Below, piece by piece: positions 55,817 through 64,000 of a stretch of DNA of 64,000 nt. Every line of letters starts with the position of its first letter. Positions within the stretch are counted from its first letter, which is position 1. Source of the DNA: an uncultured bacterium (GTDB lineage: Bacteria > Fidelibacterota > UBA2242 > JAFGTP01). The notes beneath the pieces were generated by a model. That model was not told the DNA's origin. It did not search any database and worked only from the letters and a program-made list of their open reading frames with translations. The DNA lies in NCBI GenBank assembly GCA_964640055.1, contig CAZXFH010000004.1:26016-90015 (forward strand), read 5' to 3'. The translations under genes were made by a program, and so were the position numbers.

Positions 55817-56096
55817 AGCATGTTCTTACTGTGGAGTCAGCCTAGCAGAGGGTATGAATTACTGCCCGCAATGCGGACACGCCCAGCATGTTAAAAAATT
55901 TTATCGCTCGGATCATGATTCCAAAATCCTGGGGCTCTGCGGCGGTCTGGGGGAATACTTTAATACCGATGCCAACCTGGTACGGGTTATTGTGGCCTTA
56001 ATTATTCTCTGGACCGGAATTGTCCCGGGATTGATTATATATTTTCTGCTGGGTATTTTCATTCCCGTAAATCCGGGGCATGTTTCGGAAAAATAA
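55809..56096 (+). CDS. zinc-ribbon + PspC domain membrane protein
   Basis: 95-aa ORF with CSYC...CPQCG, then the PspC motif ILGLCGGLGEYFNTDANLVRVIVAL. It overlaps the HD gene by 8 nt. Confidence 0.7.
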   Translation: MSKACSYCGVSLAEGMNYCPQCGHAQHVKKFYRSDHDSKILGLCGGLGEYFNTDANLVRVIVALIILWTGIVPGLIIYFLLGIFIPVNPGHVSEK

Positions 56097-56257
56097 TATC
56101 CTGCTTTTCCAGGACAAAATACCCTTTGGACACCCCAGGTCGCTTTCAATTTTAGGCCTTAGCACCTATTTAATCCTTTGCATGGCACCTGATATGCACT
56201 TATTTTTAAGTGCCTCCGTTTGACAGCCCTGTAAACTAACAATCAATCCCATAGATT

Positions 56258-58777
56258 TTGACAGCTATTAAAAACGCGCAACAACTATTTAATCACATCC
56301 TACCTCAGGTTGAGAAACCCGGCCGCTATGTTGGCAACGAACTAAATATCCGGCGCAAAGACCCGGGACAGGTAACGACTAAAATCGCGCTGGCCTTTCC
56401 GGATCTCTATGATGTGGGCATGTCCTACTATGGCTTCCAGATTCTATATCATATCCTTAACCGGGATCCTCACATCGCAGCCGAGCGCGTCTATGCCCCC
56501 TGGCCCGACTTTGAACAGCAGCTGCGTAAAAATAAGATTCCTCTCTATAGCCTGGAAAACTATCTGCCTTTGGCTCAATTTGATATGATCGGATTTTCTC
56601 TGAACTATGAGCTCAATTACACCAACGTACTGAATATGCTCTCACTGAGTCATATTCCCGTCCGTGCAAAGGATCGCAGTGCGGGGGACCCCCTGATTCT
56701 GGCCGGAGGTAGCTGTGCCTATAATCCCGAGCCCATGGCTGCCTTTATCGATCTGTTCGTAATTGGGGATGCCGAACATGTGCTTCCGGACATTCTGAAA
56801 TTCATTTCCTGGCAAAAAAAACAAAACAACTCCCGTCAGGCTATCCTCAAAACCGTAGTCAAAAAATTCAGTGGGCTCTATGCCCCTGCATTATACAAAA
56901 CCAGGCGCAGCCCCCAAGGTTATCAGATAGCTTATCCCGGTTCTCCGGAGTTTCCGTCGTCCATTAAAGCCAATCGTATCAAACAGCTGAAGCCCCGGGA
57001 TTATCCTGACAAACCCCTGGTACCTCTGGTCGACATTGCTCAGAATCGGCTGGCCATGGAGATCATGCGTGGTTGTACCCAGGGCTGCCGTTTTTGTCAA
57101 GCCGGGATGATCTACCGCCCCGTGCGCGAACGCCCCCCCAAGGAAGTCAAGCAACAGGCTGAAAAGGCGCTTTACCAGACCGGACATGCTGATCTGACCT
57201 TGCTTTCACTCTCTACTTCAGATTATGTCGGTTTGGCGGATAGCATATCCCGCATGCAAACTGTTTTTCGCCAGTTGCCTACCTCCCTGTCACTGCCATC
57301 CATGCGGTTGGATAGTTTCACTGAGGAAATAGCCGTTATCGCGGCCCAGAGGCGCAAATCAGGGCTGACTTTTGCCCCGGAAGCGGGTTCCGCACGCTTA
57401 CGCCGGATCATCAACAAGCATGTCACCACAAAGGAACTGATTGACGCTGCCCGGATCGCAGTCCGTTATAAATGGCGCTCTATCAAACTGTATTTCATGC
57501 TGGGACTACCCGCAGAAACCCAGACCGACCTGGAAGCCATTGCCACGCTATGTGGACAGGTTTTACAGGCGGGAGAGAACCGTTTATCCCTGAAGGTTAC
57601 CCTCTCCCCTTTTGTGCCCAAGCCCTTCACCCCCTTTCAATGGGAAGTCCAGGACTCCAGGGAGCAAATCCAGGCCAAGCTGGATTTTGTAAAACCACAG
57701 CTTAGAGGGTTAAAACGAATCAAGGTTATGGGCCGTGACCCCCATTATTCCTGGCTGGAGGGCATTATTTCCCGGGGCGATCGGCGCCTGGGGGATGTTA
57801 TTTACAGTGCCTGGCAGGCCGGGGCTAAATTTGATGCCTGGCAGGAACATTTTGATGCCAGGCGCTGGGAGCAAGCCTTTGCATCAACCGGTATAAAGCC
57901 TGCCTTCTACACGCGCGCCCGCCACCCCCATGAACAGCTGCCCTGGGAGATTATTGACGCGCGTCTCTCCCGTGAGTACCTGCGCCGGGAAAAACAAAAG
58001 GCCATGTCCGGGGAAATAACGGTTGACTGCCGGAGAGGATGTACCGGTTGCGGGGTGTGCCTGGCCGGTGAACTGGAAATGGATATCCATCCCTCAAAAC
58101 CAGTTAGAGAAACAAACCCGGCGGAAACAGCTGCAGCGGATCAAAATAATCGCTACGTCTATCGTCTGAAGTATGAGAAAAATCAAGCGGCCCGCTTTAC
58201 CTCTCACCTGGATACCCTGCGTATCTTTCAGCAGGGGTTACGCCGCAGCGGTTTACCACTGCTTTATACCCAGGGTTTTCATCAGAAGCCCAAAATATCA
58301 GCCGGCTTTCCGCTACCCTTCGGCTGCACCTCACGGGCCGAGTATCTGGACTGTTTTCTGTCCAGAGCGGTTGATAATGTCGCCGCCCGGCTACAAGGGA
58401 ACTTCCCTGAAGGATTTCGTATAAATAAAGTCTGCAGGATCTCACCAAAAGAAGATTCTATCTTTTCTCAAGTAATTGGTTTAGATTATAGGGTGTCTTT
58501 TGATGTGGCTTTGCAGGTCGAGATACTTGAAAACATCGATACATTACTAAACTCAGAGGACTGGATTATCCGGCGTCATAAGGAAAAAAAGACGCGGCCA
58601 CTGGATATCCGGCCTTTCATAGAAGATATTTTACATAAGGATAATTCCTTAATTCTATATTTAAGGGTTTTAGCGGGTCGCACGGTGAAAGTCAAGGAAA
58701 TTTTAGCCGCGCTCCAAACACCACCGCCCTGTCATGTTCACCGCTTGCAGATCCATTTAAAAAACGATCCGGGTTAG
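56258..58777 (+). CDS. B12-binding-domain radical SAM protein (TIGR03960-like) fused to a DUF2344/TIGR03936-like C-terminal domain
   Basis: 839-aa ORF with KPGRYVGNELN and the radical SAM cluster motif MRGCTQGCRFCQAG. The C-terminal YVYRLKYEKNQAARFTSHLDTLRIFQQGLRRSGLPL is DUF2344-like. TTG start. Confidence 0.75.
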   Translation: MTAIKNAQQLFNHILPQVEKPGRYVGNELNIRRKDPGQVTTKIALAFPDLYDVGMSYYGFQILYHILNRDPHIAAERVYAPWPDFEQQLRKNKIPLYSLENYLPLAQFDMIGFSLNYELNYTNVLNMLSLSHIPVRAKDRSAGDPLILAGGSCAYNPEPMAAFIDLFVIGDAEHVLPDILKFISWQKKQNNSRQAILKTVVKKFSGLYAPALYKTRRSPQGYQIAYPGSPEFPSSIKANRIKQLKPRDYPDKPLVPLVDIAQNRLAMEIMRGCTQGCRFCQAGMIYRPVRERPPKEVKQQAEKALYQTGHADLTLLSLSTSDYVGLADSISRMQTVFRQLPTSLSLPSMRLDSFTEEIAVIAAQRRKSGLTFAPEAGSARLRRIINKHVTTKELIDAARIAVRYKWRSIKLYFMLGLPAETQTDLEAIATLCGQVLQAGENRLSLKVTLSPFVPKPFTPFQWEVQDSREQIQAKLDFVKPQLRGLKRIKVMGRDPHYSWLEGIISRGDRRLGDVIYSAWQAGAKFDAWQEHFDARRWEQAFASTGIKPAFYTRARHPHEQLPWEIIDARLSREYLRREKQKAMSGEITVDCRRGCTGCGVCLAGELEMDIHPSKPVRETNPAETAAADQNNRYVYRLKYEKNQAARFTSHLDTLRIFQQGLRRSGLPLLYTQGFHQKPKISAGFPLPFGCTSRAEYLDCFLSRAVDNVAARLQGNFPEGFRINKVCRISPKEDSIFSQVIGLDYRVSFDVALQVEILENIDTLLNSEDWIIRRHKEKKTRPLDIRPFIEDILHKDNSLILYLRVLAGRTVKVKEILAALQTPPPCHVHRLQIHLKNDPG

Positions 58778-59000
58778 GCTCACCGTTTTTCAGACGCCCC
58801 GTATTAAGGTCGCCCGGATCAAAAACACAAGATTTTTACAAATTATTACACTGCTTGATACCCGAAATTTTACCGCCTCTGCTTGCATTGCATACAGACA
58901 GCGCTGACCTTCGGGTAGTTGTTAAAGCGGTTTGCTTTATTACGCAGGATTGGGCGTCGTCCGGCAGTTAAATCAAACCTGTCATAGAAAAGGATTTATA

Positions 59001-60551
59001 ATGGACAAGAAAATTTTGATTAGTCAGACGTCACGGGAAACCCGTCTCGCCATTCTGGAAAGCGGCGAATTAGTGGAATTCTTCGTGGAAAAACCCGACA
59101 AAAGCCGGCTGGTGGGGAATATCTATAAAGGTAAAATTGAAAATGTCGTCAAAGGTATCCAGGCCGCTTTTGTAGATATTGGTATGGAACAGAATGCCTT
59201 TTTACCTTTTTCCGAGATCAGCGATCCGGAACTGGTCAATACTTTAATGCAAAACATACAAAAGAAGCGCCCCTATCACCAACGACTTACCCGGAAATCT
59301 CGCAATGATAACGCTAAAGAATCAGGAGAGATCAAACTGGCTTCGGGACAGGATATACTGGTGCAGGTCATAAAAGAACCTTTTGCCGGAAAAGGCCCGC
59401 GAGTCACGACCGACATTGCCATTCCGGGACGATTTTTGGTGTTGGTGCCCAATGCCAATTATGTGGGAATCTCCAAAAAAATCCGTCATCGGGGTGAAAA
59501 AAGCCGCTTGCGCAAAATTGCCCACGAAATTAAACCCAAGGGCTTTGGGGTAATAATTCGCACGGTAGCCGATTCCCAGGACCGGAAAAGCCTGCGGAGT
59601 GATCTGGATAATCTGTTCGCAACCTGGAAACAGCTGGAAGAAAAGGTCCGCAACAGTGAGAACATTGAATGTGTTTATACTGACATGGAAACCACCTCCT
59701 CAGTCATTCGTGATCTGTTAACCCCGGATGTGGATAAAATCATCATCGACAACAAGGGGTTATATAAAAAACTGCAAGCCTATATTAAATCTGTATCCCC
59801 GGAATTTATTAAAAAAATGGCATATTATCATTCCCGCCAACCCCTGTTTGATCATTATAATGTGGAAAAACAATTCCAGAAATCGCTCAATAAAAAAATA
59901 TGGCTGAAAAACGGGGGGTTTATTGTGATTGAACATACCGAGGCCATGACCACCGTGGATGTCAATAGCGGTAAATTTGTGGGTCGCAAAGACCATGAAA
60001 AAACCTCATTAAAAACCAATGTATTGGCTGCGCGAGAGATTGCCCGGCAGCTGCGCCTGCGCGATATCGGGGGGCTGATCGTTATCGATTTCATCGATAT
60101 GGAAGTTGAGGAAAATAAAAGGAAAATTTCCGGCGAGCTGAAAAAGGAATTATCCCGGGATAAAGCCAAAGTTTCCTTGTTGCCGATCTCGGATTTTGGC
60201 TTACTGGAAATGACACGCGAGCGTACGCGCCCCCATCTCCTCTATACAGTCAGTGAAGAGTGCCCCTTATGCCATGGCTCCGGACGCATTCCTTCCAAGG
60301 CCACCCTGGTCACACGCATTGAAGGCTGGTTTCGCCGCTTTAAGCCCCATCGCGAGACCGGGCGCAAGCTTATTTTACATTGTCACCCCGAGCTAGCGGA
60401 ATATATCAAATCCGGAGCAAAAAATCTGTTCCGTAAAATACAGTGGAAATACTTCCTGCGGGTGAAAATACATGAGGATCCCCATTTAAACTTAGATGAA
60501 TTCAAGGTTTACTCCCAAAAACAAAAAACGGACATAACCGATGAATATTAG
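59001..60551 (+). CDS. rng: Rne/Rng-family ribonuclease (RNase G-like)
   Basis: S1 domain GNIYKGKIENVVKGIQAAFVDIG. The catalytic core has VDVNSGKF and GGLIVIDFIDM. Zn-link CPLCHGSG. ATG 59001, with RBS aaagga, is preferred over track TTG 58932. Confidence 0.85.
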   Translation: MDKKILISQTSRETRLAILESGELVEFFVEKPDKSRLVGNIYKGKIENVVKGIQAAFVDIGMEQNAFLPFSEISDPELVNTLMQNIQKKRPYHQRLTRKSRNDNAKESGEIKLASGQDILVQVIKEPFAGKGPRVTTDIAIPGRFLVLVPNANYVGISKKIRHRGEKSRLRKIAHEIKPKGFGVIIRTVADSQDRKSLRSDLDNLFATWKQLEEKVRNSENIECVYTDMETTSSVIRDLLTPDVDKIIIDNKGLYKKLQAYIKSVSPEFIKKMAYYHSRQPLFDHYNVEKQFQKSLNKKIWLKNGGFIVIEHTEAMTTVDVNSGKFVGRKDHEKTSLKTNVLAAREIARQLRLRDIGGLIVIDFIDMEVEENKRKISGELKKELSRDKAKVSLLPISDFGLLEMTRERTRPHLLYTVSEECPLCHGSGRIPSKATLVTRIEGWFRRFKPHRETGRKLILHCHPELAEYIKSGAKNLFRKIQWKYFLRVKIHEDPHLNLDEFKVYSQKQKTDITDEY

Positions 60552-60553
60552 GC

Positions 60554-60582
60554 TTGACAAAGCTCTCTATGTTTTTTAATTT
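60554..60582 (+). promoter_or_regulatory. candidate promoter for rplU-rpmA
   Basis: TTGACA (60554-60559), 17 nt, TAATTT (60577-60582), about 30 nt upstream of the rplU start. Confidence 0.35.
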
Positions 60583-60613
60583 TCAAAGCTTTCACAAAAG
60601 GAGATTCTGAGTT

Positions 60614-61159
60614 ATGCCCAAAAGAGAAAATTACGCCGTGGCCGAAATAGCCGGAAAACAAATTATTTTAGAGCCCGGGAAAAAAGTTAAAGTTCCCAAA
60701 CTCGATCTAAAACAAGGTGCTGAATTCAAAGCCGACAAAATTATGTATTTACGCCAGAACGATCAGATCGACGTTGGCAAACCCTATTTAAAAGATGTGC
60801 ATATCAACACGGTGGTCGCTGAACATGACCGCGACGAGAAAGTAATCGTCTACAAAAAGAAACGGCGCAACCGGTATCAGGTCAAAAAGGGACACAGACA
60901 GTCATATACACTTCTGGAAGTCAAGGATTTCTCATCCAAAAAGTCCAAGCCCACGGCTAAGAAAGAGACCCAGCCCAAACCGAAAAAGACCACTAAAACC
61001 ACCACCAAAGCCAAAGCCGCACCCGCTAAATCACAGAAAAAAACAAGCGCCAAACGTAAAACCGCGGCCCCTAAAAAGACCACCCAGGAAAAAAGCACAA
61101 AAGCCACTAGCAAATCCGCTGAAAGCGCAAAAAGCAAACAAACCAAGGAGAAAATATAA
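60614..61159 (+). CDS. rplU: 50S ribosomal protein L21 with Lys/Thr/Ala-rich C-terminal extension
   Basis: The N-terminal core YAVAEIAGKQIILEPG...HRQSYTLLEV is L21. The remaining roughly 75 aa are low-complexity and basic (KKSKPTAKKETQPKPKKTTKTTTKAKAAPAKSQKK). Confidence 0.9.
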   Translation: MPKRENYAVAEIAGKQIILEPGKKVKVPKLDLKQGAEFKADKIMYLRQNDQIDVGKPYLKDVHINTVVAEHDRDEKVIVYKKKRRNRYQVKKGHRQSYTLLEVKDFSSKKSKPTAKKETQPKPKKTTKTTTKAKAAPAKSQKKTSAKRKTAAPKKTTQEKSTKATSKSAESAKSKQTKEKI

Positions 61160-61414
61160 ATGGCTCATAAAAAAGGTGTGGGCAGTTCCCAAAATGGTCG
61201 TGACAGTCATGCCAAACGGTTAGGCGTCAAGCGGTATGGCGGTCAGCCGATCAAAGCCGGGGGAATAATCATTCGTCAGCGTGGTACTAAAATCCATCCC
61301 GGGATCAATGTAGGCCGGGGTAGTGATGACACCCTCTTTGCCAAAGCCGACGGTGTGGTTCAATTCGAACGCCGCGGCCGCGACCGTAAAATCGCCAACG
61401 TTATCCAAGCCTAG
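61160..61414 (+). CDS. rpmA: 50S ribosomal protein L27
   Basis: [29 protein letters not shown]. It starts immediately after the rplU stop. Confidence 0.95.
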   Translation: MAHKKGVGSSQNGRDSHAKRLGVKRYGGQPIKAGGIIIRQRGTKIHPGINVGRGSDDTLFAKADGVVQFERRGRDRKIANVIQA

Positions 61415-61418
61415 CTAC

Positions 61419-61480
61419 ATCCCGCAATAATTCCCGTATATCCACTTTACTCAACCTATTGCGGGATTATTTTACTCTTT
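61419..61480 (+). terminator. candidate terminator hairpin after rpmA
   Basis: 11-bp stem atcccgcaata (61419-61429) / tattgcgggat (61457-61467), followed by tattttactctttt. The large loop makes it atypical. A second 11-bp hairpin lies at 61503-61529. Confidence 0.4.
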
Positions 61481-61551
61481 TAAAACTGGCCCACATTGCC
61501 TAAAATCCAGTTGTTTTCAACTGGATTTCCAATATATACGGAGGGCTTAAC

Positions 61552-61899
61552 ATGGTTGCCAAGCAATCCTTAGAAGCATTTGAAGCGGAACGAAAACGGT
61601 TAAACGAAATTGTTTTATCCCATGCCGGGAAAAACACCAAACGCTTTTTTAGTCTGGACACAGCTGTCTATCGCGAGGGGGCTTTACCCGCCCAAACAAA
61701 GGAAATGTTAGGACTGGTTGCCTCACTGGTCCTGCGCTGTGACGCCTGTATTCGATATCACCTGGCCCAGTGCTATCGGCAAGAGGTGTCTGATGAGGTC
61801 CTGGAAGAAATTATTTCTGTTGCCCTAATCGTAGGTGGTTCTATCACGATCCCCCACATCCGCAAAGCCCTCGAATTTTGGGATCAATTGAAAAAATAA
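61552..61899 (+). CDS. carboxymuconolactone decarboxylase / AhpD-like family protein
   Basis: 115-aa ORF with the CxxCxxxH motif (LRCDACIRYH). Confidence 0.7.
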   Translation: MVAKQSLEAFEAERKRLNEIVLSHAGKNTKRFFSLDTAVYREGALPAQTKEMLGLVASLVLRCDACIRYHLAQCYRQEVSDEVLEEIISVALIVGGSITIPHIRKALEFWDQLKK

Positions 61900-61948
61900 G
61901 CCTTAGCCACACCCAAGCTGCCAAGATCGGTAGCCAGGGGTCATATCT

Positions 61949-63214
61949 TTAATACAAATAATACTGTTTAGCGCTTTTGGCAAAGGCTGCTGCTTCTTGG
62001 GCCCAGTGGTCGAGCATTTCAGCAACAGAGCCGTCCTGATCCAGCGTTTCCCGCAACTCACTACTGCCGCTCAGTAAATCAATGCGGCGCTGGTAAAATT
62101 GAAAATCCTGCGGATACAGTTGCTTGATCTGTGCCAAGAGCCACACCGTCATGGGAATCGGTTCAAATTTATTACGGTCAGTGACCCTCAAGCGCAATCC
62201 CTGGCAGCGCTGGTCTTCATATTTGGGATGCAGGGCCCGCTCCGGCATGTTTTTAGGAGTAAAGGTTACCGTCTCAAAAGCGACACCGGCCAGATCCAGG
62301 GCTTCCATTTTCACCAGCAGTTCATCGGCCACGATCCAAGGCGCGCCAAAGGCCAAAAAAGGCAAATCCGTGCCACGGCCCTCAGATATATTGACACCCT
62401 CCAGAAAACACATCCCCGGATATACTATAGCTGTCTGTAGATCAGGCATATTAGGGGAAGGCGCAATCCATGGCAGATCGGTTTGGTCGTACCACAATTC
62501 GCGATCCCATCCGTTGATTTCCACCACCGATAGATCGACCTGCACATCATCTTTTAAATAGCCTTCCTGATTAATCAATATCGCCAGTTCACCACAGGTT
62601 AAGCCATACCGCACCGGAATGGGGTGCATGCCCACAAAGGAGCGATATTGGGGATCCAGCCGGGCTCCTTCCACCCGGTCTCCCCGGATCGGATTGGGTC
62701 GGTCCAGCACCACAAAAGGAATAGGATGCTCAGCCGCCGCTTCCATGGCATAGCTCATGGTCGAAATATAGGTATAGAAGCGCACGCCCACATCCTGAAT
62801 ATCATAGACCAGGACATCGATGTTCTGCAGCATTTCAGGGGTGGGTTTACGCAGTTTGCCATAAAGACTAAAAATAGGTGCGCCGGTTTTAACATCAATA
62901 TTATCCTGGATCTGTTTACCACCCGATTCCTCGCCGCGAAACCCATGTTCCGGCGCAAAAATTGCCCTTAGCTCACACTGCGCATTTTTATGGAACAGAT
63001 CTGCCACATGCCGCCCCTGCTTATCCCGGGCGGTATGATTACAGATCAGGCCTACCCTTTGCCCGGCAAACTGCTTGAAGCCAGTCGCCACTACATGATC
63101 CAGACCGGATTCCACTTGTTTTGTGGTCTGTCCGGTTCGTGGTTGACAACTATAATAAATGATCAGTACTAACAGCACAGTTAAAAATCTGGGCACTGAC
63201 TTTAAATGAAACAT
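61949..63214 (-). CDS. DUF1343 family protein (NamZ-like exo-beta-N-acetylmuramidase)
   Basis: 421-aa ORF with a signal peptide, and FAPEHGFRG and LVYDIQDVGVRFYTYISTM motifs. Confidence 0.7.
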   Translation of the reverse strand: MFHLKSVPRFLTVLLVLIIYYSCQPRTGQTTKQVESGLDHVVATGFKQFAGQRVGLICNHTARDKQGRHVADLFHKNAQCELRAIFAPEHGFRGEESGGKQIQDNIDVKTGAPIFSLYGKLRKPTPEMLQNIDVLVYDIQDVGVRFYTYISTMSYAMEAAAEHPIPFVVLDRPNPIRGDRVEGARLDPQYRSFVGMHPIPVRYGLTCGELAILINQEGYLKDDVQVDLSVVEINGWDRELWYDQTDLPWIAPSPNMPDLQTAIVYPGMCFLEGVNISEGRGTDLPFLAFGAPWIVADELLVKMEALDLAGVAFETVTFTPKNMPERALHPKYEDQRCQGLRLRVTDRNKFEPIPMTVWLLAQIKQLYPQDFQFYQRRIDLLSGSSELRETLDQDGSVAEMLDHWAQEAAAFAKSAKQYYLY

Positions 63215-63322
63215 ATTTCCCCCTGCTTAATACCTGAATAACTTAAGTAAAACCCCTCTGATTATAGAAGAATATTTTTTATTTGCAGAAATTATTGGGC
63301 GTCAAAGGAAAAGGATAGCAAA

Positions 63323-63359
63323 CAAAAAGCCCGGCCACTGTAAAACAGCAGACCGGGCT
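63323..63359 (-). terminator. rho-independent terminator downstream of the ferredoxin gene
   Basis: On the minus strand, stem agcccgg/ccgggct (63353-63359 / 63328-63334) is followed by TTTTTGTTT. Confidence 0.6.
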
Positions 63360-63372
63360 TTAAAACCAATTC

Positions 63373-63540
63373 TTACGCCGGTGAAATAGCCTCTACCGGA
63401 CAAACATCAGCGCAGGCGCCACAATCCGTACATAATTCTTCATCAATTTGGTAAATATCGCCTTCACTAATGGCTTCCACCGGACATTCATCCATGCAGG
63501 CCCCACAGGCCGTACAATCATCAGATATTACATAAGCCAT
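63373..63540 (-). CDS. 2x[4Fe-4S] ferredoxin (55 aa)
   Basis: Below the ORF-track size cutoff. It translates to MAYVISDDCTACGACMDECPVEAISEGDIYQIDEELCTDCGACADVCPVEAISPA, with two CxxCxxCxxxCP motifs. GGAG lies 9 nt upstream. Confidence 0.9.
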   Translation of the reverse strand: MAYVISDDCTACGACMDECPVEAISEGDIYQIDEELCTDCGACADVCPVEAISPA

Positions 63541-63625
63541 ATGCGAATTCTCCTTTCAATCAATTTCAAAACGGCAGGAATTTAAATATTCTTTAATTTT
63601 TAAACAACCGCTAATTGCCGAGTGA

Positions 63626-64000
63626 CTATTCGATAATAGCCGCCTCTATACTGCACCCTTTTTTGCGCACTTTATCCACCCGTTTCAAAGCCAGGGCAAA
63701 GATAACCCCCGCAATGCCCAGAGAAGCAAACATGAGCATGGTATCGGTATAATCAATAACCGGGATGCTTTCACCATTCACCTGCTTTACCACCGTATTG
63801 GCATCCGCGAGTTTGCCGGCGATAAAGGGAAACAGCATTAAGCCCACATTTTGCACATACCCGACGACGCCAAAGGCGGTACCTAATTTTCGTTCTTTAA
63901 CCATCATCGGAATCGCCGCCCAGAGCGCCGCCGGCACCAATGAGAGAGAAATACCGACTACAAAGAGGGGAATAATTGGCGGGAAACGGGTTAATCCCAG
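63626..64000 (-). CDS. MFS transporter, C-terminal fragment (continues beyond window end)
   Basis: The open frame extends from the window edge (LGLTRFPPIIPLFVVGISLSLVPAALWAAIPMM...) to the stop at 63626. The hydrophobic TM pattern includes GVVGYVQNVGLMLFPFIAG. Confidence 0.6.
   Translation of the reverse strand: MGLTRFPPIIPLFVVGISLSLVPAALWAAIPMMVKERKLGTAFGVVGYVQNVGLMLFPFIAGKLADANTVVKQVNGESIPVIDYTDTMLMFASLGIAGVIFALALKRVDKVRKKGCSIEAAIIE

Overview
This is a densely coding bacterial window of roughly 50% G+C (by eye). About 58 protein genes are supported. I recognised no rRNA, tRNA or CRISPR array. All family names come from motifs read in the translations, since no database search was possible. 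A T9SS/FlgD-like C-terminal sorting domain, a UpxY-like NusG paralog, a LolA-like/FtsX cluster and TagF-like genes suggest a diderm of the FCB-type radiation; this is inference only.

Housekeeping content:
- adk-coaE, nagB, phoH, cysS, ddl, gmhB and wecB
- a fused radical-SAM gene followed by rng-rplU-rpmA
- a small ferredoxin that is missing from the ORF track

Accessory content worth a second look:
1. A 5-gene type I R-M operon (hsdM, AlbA_2/Schlafen-like ATPase, DUF262-DUF1524 GmrSD-like nuclease, hsdS, hsdR). It is bracketed by 164-bp hairpin-dense direct repeats, with a third partial copy nearby, and has no recombinase.
2. An intact RAYT/IS200-like HUH transposase gene sandwiched between two perfect 177-bp direct repeats that carry GTAG-plus-palindrome (REP-like) hairpins.
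3. A TetR-controlled ABC operon with one ATPase, two diverged tandem copies of an FtsX-permease pair, a LolA-like protein and a putative outer-membrane protein.
4. A 7-gene envelope-polymer operon with three TagF-like transferases, a LicC-like cytidylyltransferase, a sulfotransferase and a Kdo/WaaP-like kinase.
5. An adjacent Ste24-type M48 protease and ICMT-like methyltransferase.
6. A stand-alone ACP next to an ADP-forming acyl-CoA synthetase.
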